In this document: positions 45,640 to 55,501 of the stretch, piece after piece
Position numbering within the stretch: position 1 is the stretch's first letter
Layout: each line of letters opens with the position of its first letter
Source: a bacterium
GTDB taxonomy: Bacteria; Zixibacteria; MSB-5A5; GN15; FEB-12
Reading direction: 5' to 3'
Length of the DNA: 64,000 bases
Assembly: GCA_043811375.1 (NCBI GenBank)
Contig: JBDRNJ010000004.1
Coordinates: 64,001-128,000, forward strand
Notes under the pieces: model-generated
Databases searched by the model: none
Seen by the model: the letters and a program-made list of their open reading frames with translations, nothing else
Told to the model about the DNA's origin: nothing
Translations under genes and position numbers: made by a program

Positions 45640-47226
45640 CTACTCCTTCTCCTCCTTGAGTATCTCCGAGAGTATCTGTGAGACCGGTACGCTTCCCTCG
45701 CGCATCTCCTTCATCTGGGGGAAGAAAATAACGTCGCGGATCGAGTGCTGGTTGGTCAACAGCATGACCAGGCGGTCAACGCCGAAGCCGAGTCCGCCGG
45801 TGGGCGGCATACCGTAGGCCAGGGCGGTAACAAAATCGTCATCCAGCGGCTGGGCTTCTTCGTCTCCCGCTTTCAGTGCTTTGCCCTGTTGCAGGAAACG
45901 CTGGAGCTGATCCATCGGATCGTTTAACTCGCTGAAAGCGTTGCCCATCTCCAAGCCCGCTACAAAAAGTTCGAAACGCTCGGTAAGGCGGTCGTTGTCG
46001 CGGTGTTTCTTGGCCAGGGGCGAGATGTCGGCCGGGAAGTCAGCCACGAACGTAGGCTGGATCAATGTCGGTTCCACTTTGGATGCCCATACCGCCTCGA
46101 CCACTTTACCCCAGTTAATCAGTTTGTCCGTATCCTCGACGCCGAGTTGCACTGCTGCTGTCCGGGCGTCATCGAAGGACATATCGGAAAAATCGATACC
46201 GGTTTCGTCCTTGACGGAACCGAGCATCGTCACCCACCGGAAGCGCGGCTCGAAATCGATCTGGTGTTCCTCGTAAGTGATCTTATAGCTGTCGTGCAGG
46301 CTACAGACAACGTAGCGCAACAGTTCCTCAAACAGGGCGGCGATATCACGGTAGTCGGCATACGCCCAGTACAACTCGACCATGCTGAACTCCGGGTTGT
46401 GCAGGCGATCCAGGCCTTCGTTGCGGAAATCCTTGCACAACTCCCAGACCCTGGCGAAACCACCCACGATAAGCCGCTTGAGGTACAGTTCATCGGCGAT
46501 ACGCAGATACATCGGCCTGTCCAGCTTGTCGTGATGAGTCTTAAATGGACGGGCATTGCCGCCACCATACAGAGGTTGCAGAATCGGTGTTTCCACTTCC
46601 AGAAAATCATGGTTGTTGAGAAACTCGCGGATCGACCGGATGATGTTCGTGCGCTGGATAAAGGTCTCCTTCACTTCCGGGTTGACGATCAAGTCAACGT
46701 AGCGCCGCCGGTAGCGGGTCTCTTTGTCGGTCAGGCCGGAGTGTTTATCCGGAAGCGGATGCAGCGCCTTGCACAGCATCTCGAAAATGGTCACGCTGAG
46801 AGTTCGCTCGCCCTTCTTTGTGACAAACAAAGTCCCCTCGCAGCCGATGATATCGCCCAGGTCAACCATGTTAAACAGTTCAAACTGCTCTTTACCGACG
46901 TTGTCCAGACGGACGTAAATTTGAATGCGTCCGGAGAAGTCGCGGATGTCGGCAAAGTACACTTTGCCCATTTTGCGCTTGAGAATGACACGTCCGGCCA
47001 GCCGCACCTCCGTCTCAGCAGTTACCAGTTGGTCAAAGTTATCCAGTACATTACGTACCAGGCAGGTCCGCTCGTAGCGGTAAGGGTAGGGGTTGACGCC
47101 GTTGCCGCTTAAATCCTTCGCCTTCTGGTGACGAATCCTGATCAGTTCCGCCAGCGGAATCTGGGTGCCGGTTTCGCCGGATTCGTTCGGGTGAGATTCT
47201 GTCTTGCCCTGGTTCTTCTTACTCAT
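45640..47226 (-). CDS. lysS: Lysine--tRNA ligase (class II)
   Basis: RYRRRYVDL, EVETPIL, FRNEG..HNPEF, YGMPPTGGLGFGVDRL. Confidence 0.97.
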   Translation of the reverse strand: MSKKNQGKTESHPNESGETGTQIPLAELIRIRHQKAKDLSGNGVNPYPYRYERTCLVRNVLDNFDQLVTAETEVRLAGRVILKRKMGKVYFADIRDFSGRIQIYVRLDNVGKEQFELFNMVDLGDIIGCEGTLFVTKKGERTLSVTIFEMLCKALHPLPDKHSGLTDKETRYRRRYVDLIVNPEVKETFIQRTNIIRSIREFLNNHDFLEVETPILQPLYGGGNARPFKTHHDKLDRPMYLRIADELYLKRLIVGGFARVWELCKDFRNEGLDRLHNPEFSMVELYWAYADYRDIAALFEELLRYVVCSLHDSYKITYEEHQIDFEPRFRWVTMLGSVKDETGIDFSDMSFDDARTAAVQLGVEDTDKLINWGKVVEAVWASKVEPTLIQPTFVADFPADISPLAKKHRDNDRLTERFELFVAGLEMGNAFSELNDPMDQLQRFLQQGKALKAGDEEAQPLDDDFVTALAYGMPPTGGLGFGVDRLVMLLTNQHSIRDVIFFPQMKEMREGSVPVSQILSEILKEEKE

Positions 47227-47283
47227 ATTCATCCTGTTTTAGCAGTGACTACTTCAGTCGCTGCGGTGTCATCTTTTGTCAAG

Positions 47284-47811
47284 TCAGTCCGCGGCCTGAT
47301 CGTCGGATTGCGACAACTTCTCTTTAAGAGCCACTCCTACCGCCGCCGGCACCAGTCCGGACACATCCCCTCCGTGCCGCGCCACATCCTTGACAATCGT
47401 CGAAGATAGATAAACCCACGACAGAGAAGGCATCAAAAAGACCGTTTCAACGCTTCGGGCCAGTTTGCGATTCATCAGAGCCATCTGGAATTCGAACTCG
47501 AAATCAGAGACGGCCCGCAAACCCCGAACGATGGCGTTGGCCTGCTGCTCAATCGCCAGGTCCGCCAGCAGTCCGTCAAAAGCAATAACACTAATCCCGT
47601 CGGCAAAAGCCCTGTCCTTAATCGACTCTTCGATCAGCCGGATGCGCTCATCGCAATCAAAGAAGGGATTCTTGTCGGTGTTGACGGCAACGGCCACAAC
47701 CAGTTTTCCAAAGAGGTGGCAGGCCCTTTCTATCAACGACAGATGTCCGTTAGTTATCGGATCGAAAGTACCCGGGTAGATGGCCCGAGTGATGTGGTGT
47801 TTTTTCGTCAC
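47284..47811 (-). CDS. coaD: Pantetheine-phosphate adenylyltransferase
   Basis: YPGTFDPITNGH, RGLRAVSDFEFE, LSSTIVK. Confidence 0.97.
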   Translation of the reverse strand: MTKKHHITRAIYPGTFDPITNGHLSLIERACHLFGKLVVAVAVNTDKNPFFDCDERIRLIEESIKDRAFADGISVIAFDGLLADLAIEQQANAIVRGLRAVSDFEFEFQMALMNRKLARSVETVFLMPSLSWVYLSSTIVKDVARHGGDVSGLVPAAVGVALKEKLSQSDDQAAD

Positions 47812-47891
47812 AACCGGTCCTCACCATTTCTGATTACATACGGTCCGTGTGGCTGAAAAATACACTGCCGGTTAGCGTCTGGCAAGATCAA

Positions 47892-48749
47892 TTAGCTGAC
47901 GGCAAGACCCATAGCAATCAGAAAATCGGCAGCCCCCCCTTCCGGTAAGGATGTCTCCTTCAGGAAGGCGGGATTGATCTGCGGTCGGCGGACTGCCTTT
48001 GAAAAATGATCCTCCAATATCGACACTACCGGCGAATCCGTCGCCACACCGGTGATCAATAGAGATGACAGGAGCGGGCTTCGGTCGTTATCCTGAAGTG
48101 TTGCCAGCCGGAAATTGACGACCGTTTTGAACTCAGCCGCCATTTTCCGGAGCTCCCGGTCGCCGTCACAATGTGACGGGCCGGCCCGAATACCGGTCAC
48201 ATCTATGATATCCTCACCCCTGAGGAAACAGAGAGAGACGGTCTCGCGGCCGAAATCAGCCAGACCGACCAGTTCTCCCGGTGTCACCCGGCAGAAGCAG
48301 CGGTAGGCTCGGGCCAGAGCAACCGCCCGCATCTCAAATCTCAGAGAGTCCACATGGGAATCGGACAGAAACGGGAAAAGGTCGGCCAGTTGCTGTAGCT
48401 GCCGGCAACGAACGGCCAGGCCCAGATGTCGTCCGTTTCCGGCCGGTTGACCGACCAGAGAGAACTCATTGTCATCATCAAGCAGCGACCGCGAGAGTTC
48501 AAACCTGGTCAGCAGGTCGGAATCCCATCGGCTGGTCCGGTCCAGACGAAAACTCCTGACCAGCACCTGCTCATCAGGAACCGACAGGACGACAACTTCA
48601 ATTCCATGACCGAGGTGTGCTTCTAACTCTGATTCTTTGCACTTATCAAGGGAAACCACTGAGTACCCGTTTCCATCGTGTTGGACCCGGGCCAGGTAAC
48701 AGCCATCCCGCCTTAAGTCGACACCAACACTGAGGCGCGGGTCGGTCAT
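47892..48749 (-). CDS. Hypothetical protein, possibly a degenerate PilM-like actin-fold protein
   Basis: VGVDL, GLADFG, LLITG and C-terminal IAMGLA echo PilM motifs; coupled to the ComEA-like gene. Confidence 0.5.
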   Translation of the reverse strand: MTDPRLSVGVDLRRDGCYLARVQHDGNGYSVVSLDKCKESELEAHLGHGIEVVVLSVPDEQVLVRSFRLDRTSRWDSDLLTRFELSRSLLDDDNEFSLVGQPAGNGRHLGLAVRCRQLQQLADLFPFLSDSHVDSLRFEMRAVALARAYRCFCRVTPGELVGLADFGRETVSLCFLRGEDIIDVTGIRAGPSHCDGDRELRKMAAEFKTVVNFRLATLQDNDRSPLLSSLLITGVATDSPVVSILEDHFSKAVRRPQINPAFLKETSLPEGGAADFLIAMGLAVS

Positions 48750-49117
48750 GGCTGCTTCACCCTCAGGTACGGCCTCAGCCGTTCGTATAGTTTGGGTCCG
48801 ATACCCTTAACCTCGGTGATATCAATCTCTCGGCTGAAGCTCTGCTGCCGGCGGTAGGCCACGATGCGGTTGGCCAGGACCGGACCGATACCGGGCAGCA
48901 ACTCCAGCGAGTCAGCCGGTGCGGTATTGGGGTCGAGGACAAAAACTCCCGTAAAAACCTGTTCGTCCTCGCCGACGAACACTTGCAATGGCGGTAGGCT
49001 GTCGGCAGTGTCGGCGCGCGAACGGATAAAGAGATAACCCGCCATCACCACGGCTCCGGCCGTCAAAACAGCCAGGAATCTTAGTTGTCCGGAACTGAAG
49101 TCAAAGAAGCGATTCAT
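48746..49117 (-). CDS. comEA: ComEA-like helix-hairpin-helix DNA-binding protein
   Basis: N-terminal TM; DPNTA...LPGIGPVLA.RIV.YR...VKGIGPK. Confidence 0.85.
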   Translation of the reverse strand: MNRFFDFSSGQLRFLAVLTAGAVVMAGYLFIRSRADTADSLPPLQVFVGEDEQVFTGVFVLDPNTAPADSLELLPGIGPVLANRIVAYRRQQSFSREIDITEVKGIGPKLYERLRPYLRVKQP

Positions 49118-49194
49118 AGGTTTCCACCGTGTTCTTACGATCAGGGTCAAGGTATCATCAGAACGACCAAAAATCAACCGACAGCCGAGCCTGA

Positions 49195-50334
49195 TCAGGA
49201 GGTTGTGTAGTTGGCCAGGAAATCGCGGCGAAACTGCGAAAGCCGCTGCTGCTGGATAGCCTGCCGGATATTGCGCATCATCTGCTGGTAAAAATATGTC
49301 GAGTGAAAGGTAGCCAGTACCATGCCGGTGATTTCCGACTGGTTGTACAGGTGCCGCAGGTAGGCTCGGCTGTAGCGTCGGCACACCAGGCAGTCACAGT
49401 TGGGATCGAGCGGATGCTCATCGTCGGCGCAGTCGGCATTGCGGTAAGTCAACTGCCCCTGTGATGTAAACACGTTGCCGGTGCGGGCGTTACGGGTCGG
49501 CAGCACACAGTCAAACATGTCGACTCCGTAACCGACAGCCATCAGGATATCCTCCGGATAACCGACCCCCATCAGGTAACGGGGTTTATCGGACGGCAAA
49601 AACTCGACCGTATGGGCCAGGGTATCCTCCATCTCCTGCTTGCTCTCACCCACGGACAGACCGCCGATAGCATAGCCGTCAAAATCCATTGCCACGATTT
49701 CCTCGGCCGACTGTGTCCGCAATTGTTGATAGACCGATCCCTGGACAATCCCGAACAAGCGTATACCGGATGAGTCCTGCCGAGATCGAGCCGCATGAAC
49801 CGACCGGCAGCGTCGCGCCCAGTCCGATGTTCTCCTGACCGCCACTGCCGCCGCCGGTTCCTCCACCGGGTAGGGGACACACTGGTCGAGAGGCATGATT
49901 ATGTCGGCGCCGAGGTCGTGTTCAATCTCGATCACCTTCTCCGGCGTAAAGAAGTGGCTCGACCCGTCCAGGTGTGATCGAAATTCCACACCTTCATCAG
50001 ATACCTTCGATATATCCCGCATGGAGAATATCTGGTAACCGCCGCTGTCGGTCAGAGTTGGTCGGTTCCAGCCGCTGAACCGGGCCAGTCCGCCAAGAGA
50101 ACGGACGATGTTTTGTCCGGGTCGAAGGTAGAGATGATAGGTGTTACCCAGAATTATCTCGGCGCTACACTGCTCCAGATGCTCTGCTGTCAGCCCTTTC
50201 ACGGCACCCGATGTTCCCACCGGCATGAAAGCCGGGGTCTGAAAAGTCCCGTGCAAGGTCGACACTTCACCACGTCGGGCCGGACCGTCCGTTTGTATGA
50301 GATGGAAAAACCGGGTCGCGTCGCCGTCGTTCAT
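49195..50334 (-). CDS. tgt: tRNA-guanine transglycosylase
   Basis: TPAFMPVGT, NTYHL, TDSGGYQ, DMFDCVLPTR, CDCLVC...H. Confidence 0.97.
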   Translation of the reverse strand: MNDGDATRFFHLIQTDGPARRGEVSTLHGTFQTPAFMPVGTSGAVKGLTAEHLEQCSAEIILGNTYHLYLRPGQNIVRSLGGLARFSGWNRPTLTDSGGYQIFSMRDISKVSDEGVEFRSHLDGSSHFFTPEKVIEIEHDLGADIIMPLDQCVPYPVEEPAAAVAVRRTSDWARRCRSVHAARSRQDSSGIRLFGIVQGSVYQQLRTQSAEEIVAMDFDGYAIGGLSVGESKQEMEDTLAHTVEFLPSDKPRYLMGVGYPEDILMAVGYGVDMFDCVLPTRNARTGNVFTSQGQLTYRNADCADDEHPLDPNCDCLVCRRYSRAYLRHLYNQSEITGMVLATFHSTYFYQQMMRNIRQAIQQQRLSQFRRDFLANYTTS

Positions 50335-51698
50335 GCCAGCACCAGTTCCAGCGCTGACTGGATGTCCGTGACCGGCGTCAACTCAATCGGTCTTTCGCCG
50401 ATCTGAGACAGGTTGGCCTGCGGCAGAACCATGGTCTCAAACCCCATTTTGACGGCTTCCTTGAGGCGTTGGTCGATCATGGTAACGCCGCGCACCTCGC
50501 CGGACAGACCGACCTCACCAACCACAATAGTGCGGAAATCGACTGCCCGGTTCAACAGCGATGAAGCAATCGCCATCATTACCGGCAGGTCCAGCGACGG
50601 TTCCGAGAGCCTCAGTCCTCCCGCCACCGAGACAAAAACGTCGTGAGTCGACATCGAATGACCGCAACGCTTTTCCAATATGGCCAGCAGCAGCGACAGG
50701 CGGCGGTGGTCGATACCCCCGGCCACCCGCTGGGGGTTGCCGCCGTAGCCGGCCGGCGCTACCAACGCCTGCGTTTCCACTAAAATGGTGCGGCTGCCTT
50801 CGCTGATAGCAGTCACCACCGATCCGGTTCGCGGCTGATTCTGATGGTCCGCCAGAAAAAAGGACGAGGCATTGGCCACTTCCGAAAGTCCCCCGGGAAG
50901 CATCTCAAACAGGCCGACTTCACTGACTGAGCCAAATCGATTCTTGGCCGCCCGCAACACCCGATACAGGTGGGTGCTGTCACCTTCAAAGTATATGACC
51001 GTGTCGACCATGTGTTCCAGCAGTTTGGGACCGGCCACCATACCGTCTTTGGTGACGTGACCGACCAGGCACAGAGCCACATTCTGCGAGTGGGCCAGGC
51101 TCGTCAATCGGGCGGCAGCCTGACGGACCTGGGCTACCGTCCCCGGCGGTGAGTCCAACTGGTCGGAGGCCATCGTCTGGATGGAGTCTATGAAAACAAT
51201 CTCCGGCCTGTCGGAGCCAAGCATCGCCGTCACTTCCTCCAGCGAACTGGAGTTAACGATCATGATCTCCCCGCCGTCAATATCCAGGCGTTCAGCCCGC
51301 AGTTTAATCTGCTGCAACGACTCCTCACCGCTGATATAGGCCACCGAGATACCCTGCTCGGAATATGCCGCAGCCACCTGCAGCAATAACGTTGATTTGC
51401 CGATCCCCGGTTCGCCTCCCAACAGGACGGTCATTCCGGGAAGAAACCGACCACCCAGCACACGGTCGAACTCGGCTATTCCGCAGGTGTAACCCGATGT
51501 CTGCTCCAGGCTGATCTGCGCTAATTTCATTTTTTCGACTGGTGCAACTCCGGCAGAACTTTTACCGGCCGCAGGTACTTTTTCTTCCACCAGACAGTTC
51601 CACTGGGCGCAACCGCGACACTGCCCCTGCCACTTGGCGTGCTGAGTCCCGCAGTGGGAACAGAAGAAAGCCGTTTTGGTTTTTTTGCCGGTAATCAT
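50331..51698 (-). CDS. radA: DNA repair protein RadA/Sms
   Basis: C..CG...W.G.C..C, GEPGIGKST, KNRFG, GEVGLSGEVR. Confidence 0.97.
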   Translation of the reverse strand: MITGKKTKTAFFCSHCGTQHAKWQGQCRGCAQWNCLVEEKVPAAGKSSAGVAPVEKMKLAQISLEQTSGYTCGIAEFDRVLGGRFLPGMTVLLGGEPGIGKSTLLLQVAAAYSEQGISVAYISGEESLQQIKLRAERLDIDGGEIMIVNSSSLEEVTAMLGSDRPEIVFIDSIQTMASDQLDSPPGTVAQVRQAAARLTSLAHSQNVALCLVGHVTKDGMVAGPKLLEHMVDTVIYFEGDSTHLYRVLRAAKNRFGSVSEVGLFEMLPGGLSEVANASSFFLADHQNQPRTGSVVTAISEGSRTILVETQALVAPAGYGGNPQRVAGGIDHRRLSLLLAILEKRCGHSMSTHDVFVSVAGGLRLSEPSLDLPVMMAIASSLLNRAVDFRTIVVGEVGLSGEVRGVTMIDQRLKEAVKMGFETMVLPQANLSQIGERPIELTPVTDIQSALELVLA

Positions 51699-52459
51699 CT
51701 GACCTGGATAGGGCCGATAGAACTGCCGCTGATGAACTGCCGGACAACTTCGTTGTCGCTGTCCCTGATTTCCTCGGGGCTGCCGTCAAACTCCACTCGC
51801 CCCCGGTAGAGCACGATGATACGGGATGCTATTCGGTAAGCCGATTTCATATCGTGGGTAACGGCTATTGAGGTCACGTTGAGCTGTTGATTGAGGTCAA
51901 CTATCAGGCCATTGATCATGTCGGCGGTTACCGGATCCAGACCGGTGGTTGGTTCGTCATAAAGGAGCATTTCCGGATCATCAGCTATGGCGCGGGCCAG
52001 GCCGACTCGTTTGCGCATCCCGCCGGAAAGCTCAGCCGGATTCTTGTCCGCGGCGTCGGTCAGAGCAACCATCTTGAGTTTCTCGCGCACGATTTCAGCT
52101 ACCTGGTCATTGGAGTAGAGTCGGGACTCGGTCAGCCCCAGACCGACATTCTCAGCAACAGTGAGAGAGTCAAACAACGCCGCCGATTGAAACAGCATAC
52201 CCACCCGTCTTCGGACCGCCGTAATGTCTCTGGTATTGAGCCGGGAGAGGTCCTGCCCATCAAAAAGAACGCGCCCGCTGTCCGGTTGCAGTAAGCGAAT
52301 AACGTGTTTCAGCAGCACCGACTTGCCGCACCCGGACTGCCCGATTACCACGATTGACTCACCACGGTCGACAGTCACTGAAACCCCCCGCAGGACTTCC
52401 AGAGACTGAAAGCTCTTGTGCAAATCCTCGGTTTTTACCAGCGGCAATTCCACGATCAT
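51695..52459 (-). CDS. mlaF: MlaF/Mkl-type ABC ATPase
   Basis: GQSGCGKS, FQSAALFDSL, LSGGMRKRVGLARA, DEPTTGLDP. Confidence 0.9.
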   Translation of the reverse strand: MIVELPLVKTEDLHKSFQSLEVLRGVSVTVDRGESIVVIGQSGCGKSVLLKHVIRLLQPDSGRVLFDGQDLSRLNTRDITAVRRRVGMLFQSAALFDSLTVAENVGLGLTESRLYSNDQVAEIVREKLKMVALTDAADKNPAELSGGMRKRVGLARAIADDPEMLLYDEPTTGLDPVTADMINGLIVDLNQQLNVTSIAVTHDMKSAYRIASRIIVLYRGRVEFDGSPEEIRDSDNEVVRQFISGSSIGPIQVR

Positions 52460-53235
52460 ATCCTGAACAGCAAGACGGCAAAGATGAAATTGAACACCAG
52501 GATCAGTACCGATGAGATAACCACCGATGTGGTGGTCGCCTGTCCCACTCCCTGGGCTCCCCCACGGGCATTAAATCCCTCGTAGCAACCCACGACACCG
52601 ATAGTGAGTCCGAAAACAGCCGCTTTGATTAAACCATCGACAAAATCACCAAGCTTGAAGGAGTCGCGAAAGCCGTTGAGGAAAGTTTCCGATGATACGT
52701 CGACACCTATAATAGATACCACCAACGCCCCCATGATAGCCACGAAATTGGCAAATATGACCAGGAAAGGCACCATGATAAGACAGGCCAGCACCCGCGG
52801 CATGACCAGGTAACGGATGGGGTTGATACCCATCGATTCCAGGGCGTCAATCTGTTCGGTAACGCGCATCGTCCCCAGCTCGGCCGCCACCCCGGCACCG
52901 ACCCGCCCGGCAAACACAATCGCCGACAGCACCGGCGCCAGTTCGATGACCACCGCTTTGCCCACCGCCTGGCCGAGGTAGCGCAGCGGCGCCCCGATAA
53001 ACTTGAACTGATAAGCCGCCTGCCAGGCCGAAACGGCTCCCACAAAGATGGAGATGATGATTATCAGGGGTAGTGATCGAACACCCAGAGCGTAAAGTTG
53101 CTCAAAGATCAGACGCCATGATCGGGGAACATCCCTGAGTGATACCAGGAACCTGCCCAGCATAATAGAAAGGCCGCCCAGTCGGGTGACAAACCCAACA
53201 CCACGGCGACCGATGACCTGTAGTCCGTAATCCAT
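52456..53235 (-). CDS. mlaE: MlaE-family ABC permease
   Basis: ELAPVL...AGRVG...AELGTMRVTEQIDALE, GAQGVGQATT. Confidence 0.92.
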   Translation of the reverse strand: MDYGLQVIGRRGVGFVTRLGGLSIMLGRFLVSLRDVPRSWRLIFEQLYALGVRSLPLIIIISIFVGAVSAWQAAYQFKFIGAPLRYLGQAVGKAVVIELAPVLSAIVFAGRVGAGVAAELGTMRVTEQIDALESMGINPIRYLVMPRVLACLIMVPFLVIFANFVAIMGALVVSIIGVDVSSETFLNGFRDSFKLGDFVDGLIKAAVFGLTIGVVGCYEGFNARGGAQGVGQATTTSVVISSVLILVFNFIFAVLLFRI

Positions 53236-53243
53236 GCTCTTAC

Positions 53244-54680
53244 CTAAAAGGGCATATCCCCGCCCTCGACCGGCTCCACTCCCGCCGGTATCTCCCTGTA
53301 TCCTGACGGAGCCATGTTCTCAAACCGCGCAAACTCCCTTAGGAAAGTGAGAATGACCATTCCGGTGGGACCGTTGCGCTGTTTGGCCATGATGATCTCT
53401 GCTTTTCTCTCGACCTCCTTAAACTTCGGGTCGTTTCTCTCTAAATGCAACATATAGTGTTCCGGCCGGTAGATAAACATGACCACGTCGGCATCCTGCT
53501 CAATAGCGCCTGATTCCCGCAAGTCAGACAACTGGGGACGTTTTTCACCGCCACGCTGCTCCACCTGGCGCGAAAGCTGCGAGCATCCGATGACCGGTAT
53601 TTCCAGTTCTTTGGCCAGCGCCTTGAGATTACGCGAGATGCCGGCCATCTCCTGCTGTCGGTTTTCATACCGCCCGGAAGCGCTGACCATCTGGATATAG
53701 TCCACAATTATGAGATCAAGACCGTGTTGTGCTTTCAGTCTTCTGGCCTTGGCTCTTATCTCCAGCGACGTCAGAATGGCCGAATCATCAATGAATATGG
53801 GCGCTTCAGACAATGGCCCCCCGGCGATAGTAAGCTTCTGCCATTCTTCGTCTCGGAGCTTTCGAGCTCGCAACCGCTGTTGTGAAATCCGGGCGCGTCC
53901 GCACAACATCCGCAGCGCCAACTGCTCCATCGACATCTCTAAAGAAAAAATGCCGACCACTTTCTTCCCTATCACTCCAACATGTTCCGCAATGTTGACC
54001 GCCAGGGCTGATTTTCCCATTGACGGTCGACCGGCGATAATGACGAAATCACCCTTGTGAAGGCCATTTGTCATCTCATCCAGTTTCTCAAAACCGGTCT
54101 TGACACCCAGCAGAGAGCTATCCTCTGACTGCAGGTCTTCGATCTCTTCAAAAGTTGATGGGATCAGTTCCTTTATAGATGTGAATCCCTTGTGGAGACG
54201 TTGCTCGGAGATTGAGAATATGTGCTGCTCGGCATGGTCGAGAAGGCTCTCCACTGTCTCGTCGGTAGAGTAGCAACTTCTGACAATCTCGTTGGAAGTC
54301 TGGATCAAACGCCTCAGCAGGTATTTCTCCTTAACAATCTCTGCATGTCTCGGAGTATTCGCGGTAGAGGCAACGTTCTCAACCAACTCGACCAGATGCA
54401 CACGGCCGCCGGCCTGCTCAAGGTTGCCCGAATCCAACAAAGCATTGGTAACTGTCGTTATATCGCATGGTTCCGATCGTTGGTAGAGCTTCAGTATCGC
54501 CCCATAGATCAGCCTGTGCTTAGGGTGGTAGAACGCCGCTTCATCATCGAGAACCTCTATTGTCTGGTGAAGCGCCTCGGCGTCCTTGAGGATTGATCCG
54601 ATGACATCACGTTCAACATCTATAGACTGCGGTTCTCTACTGTGTTCGTCCGTTCGTTCTCTTGTTGTCTTGTAGGTCAT
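53244..54680 (-). CDS. dnaB: Replicative DNA helicase
   Basis: GRPSMGKS, FSLEM, VDYIQ, SQLSR, DLRESGAIEQDAD, KQRNGPTG; no intein. Confidence 0.97.
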   Translation of the reverse strand: MTYKTTRERTDEHSREPQSIDVERDVIGSILKDAEALHQTIEVLDDEAAFYHPKHRLIYGAILKLYQRSEPCDITTVTNALLDSGNLEQAGGRVHLVELVENVASTANTPRHAEIVKEKYLLRRLIQTSNEIVRSCYSTDETVESLLDHAEQHIFSISEQRLHKGFTSIKELIPSTFEEIEDLQSEDSSLLGVKTGFEKLDEMTNGLHKGDFVIIAGRPSMGKSALAVNIAEHVGVIGKKVVGIFSLEMSMEQLALRMLCGRARISQQRLRARKLRDEEWQKLTIAGGPLSEAPIFIDDSAILTSLEIRAKARRLKAQHGLDLIIVDYIQMVSASGRYENRQQEMAGISRNLKALAKELEIPVIGCSQLSRQVEQRGGEKRPQLSDLRESGAIEQDADVVMFIYRPEHYMLHLERNDPKFKEVERKAEIIMAKQRNGPTGMVILTFLREFARFENMAPSGYREIPAGVEPVEGGDMPF

Positions 54681-54702
54681 AGTGCTTCCGTTAATTACCG
54701 GG

Positions 54703-55473
54703 TCAAGGCGAAGCGACAAACTTGTCGTATCGCTTTTTCAGCTTCTGCATGTCGGCCCAGGTGTCTTTCTTGTAGGCCGGGAAGCGCAGCAGCGCCGCCG
54801 GGTGATAAGTAACCATCATCGGCACGCCTTCAAACTCATGCCATTGCCCGCGCATTTTACCCAACGGTGAACTGGTCTGAAGCAATATCTGGGCGGCGAT
54901 CCGTCCCAGGGCACAGATAAGCTTTGGTTTTATCAGCGCTATCTGTTCCAGCAGGTGAGGCAGGCAGTTGGCGGCTTCATCAGGCTGGGGATCGCGGTTA
55001 TTGGGCGGGCGGCATTTGAGGATGTTGGCGATATAGATTTCCTGTCGCGACAGCTTGATCGCCTCCAGGATACGGTCCAGCAGCTTCCCGGCCCGGCCGA
55101 CAAACGGTTCGCCCTGGAGGTCCTCATCACGTCCCGGCGCTTCGCCGATAAACATCAGGTCGGCGGCGGTATTACCCACTCCGTAAACGAAATTGGTGCG
55201 CGTCTCCGCCAGCGAACAGAGCCGGCAGTCGCGGATAGCCTGAAAATGGGCATCGACAGAATCGTACTGGGCCATTCGCTGCACGTTCTCATCGGTCTCG
55301 AACAGGTCCGCTGTTGACGTTGTTTTTCTCACACAAGTCTCCATCTCGTCAGCCAACGTTACCTCTGAAGGCGGCCGGTCACCATCAACAATCATCTCCC
55401 CCATGCCCAATTCAACCTGGGCGGTAAGAGCCCGACGCAGCATTTCATGTAGACTGACAGGTATCTCTTCCAT
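54703..55473 (-). CDS. Family-4 uracil-DNA glycosylase
   Basis: [29 protein letters not shown]; start uncertain. Confidence 0.92.
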   Translation of the reverse strand: MEEIPVSLHEMLRRALTAQVELGMGEMIVDGDRPPSEVTLADEMETCVRKTTSTADLFETDENVQRMAQYDSVDAHFQAIRDCRLCSLAETRTNFVYGVGNTAADLMFIGEAPGRDEDLQGEPFVGRAGKLLDRILEAIKLSRQEIYIANILKCRPPNNRDPQPDEAANCLPHLLEQIALIKPKLICALGRIAAQILLQTSSPLGKMRGQWHEFEGVPMMVTYHPAALLRFPAYKKDTWADMQKLKKRYDKFVASP

Positions 55474-55501
55474 GACATCCAACCCGGCCTGAAGCTCCAA
55501 G

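Noticed and set aside
46003..47112. Long antisense ORFs (e.g. 369 aa opposite lysS, 319 aa opposite DUF885, 321 aa opposite coaBC, 326 aa opposite RHS)
   Set aside because: Shadow ORFs of GC-rich coding strands with no recognisable motifs
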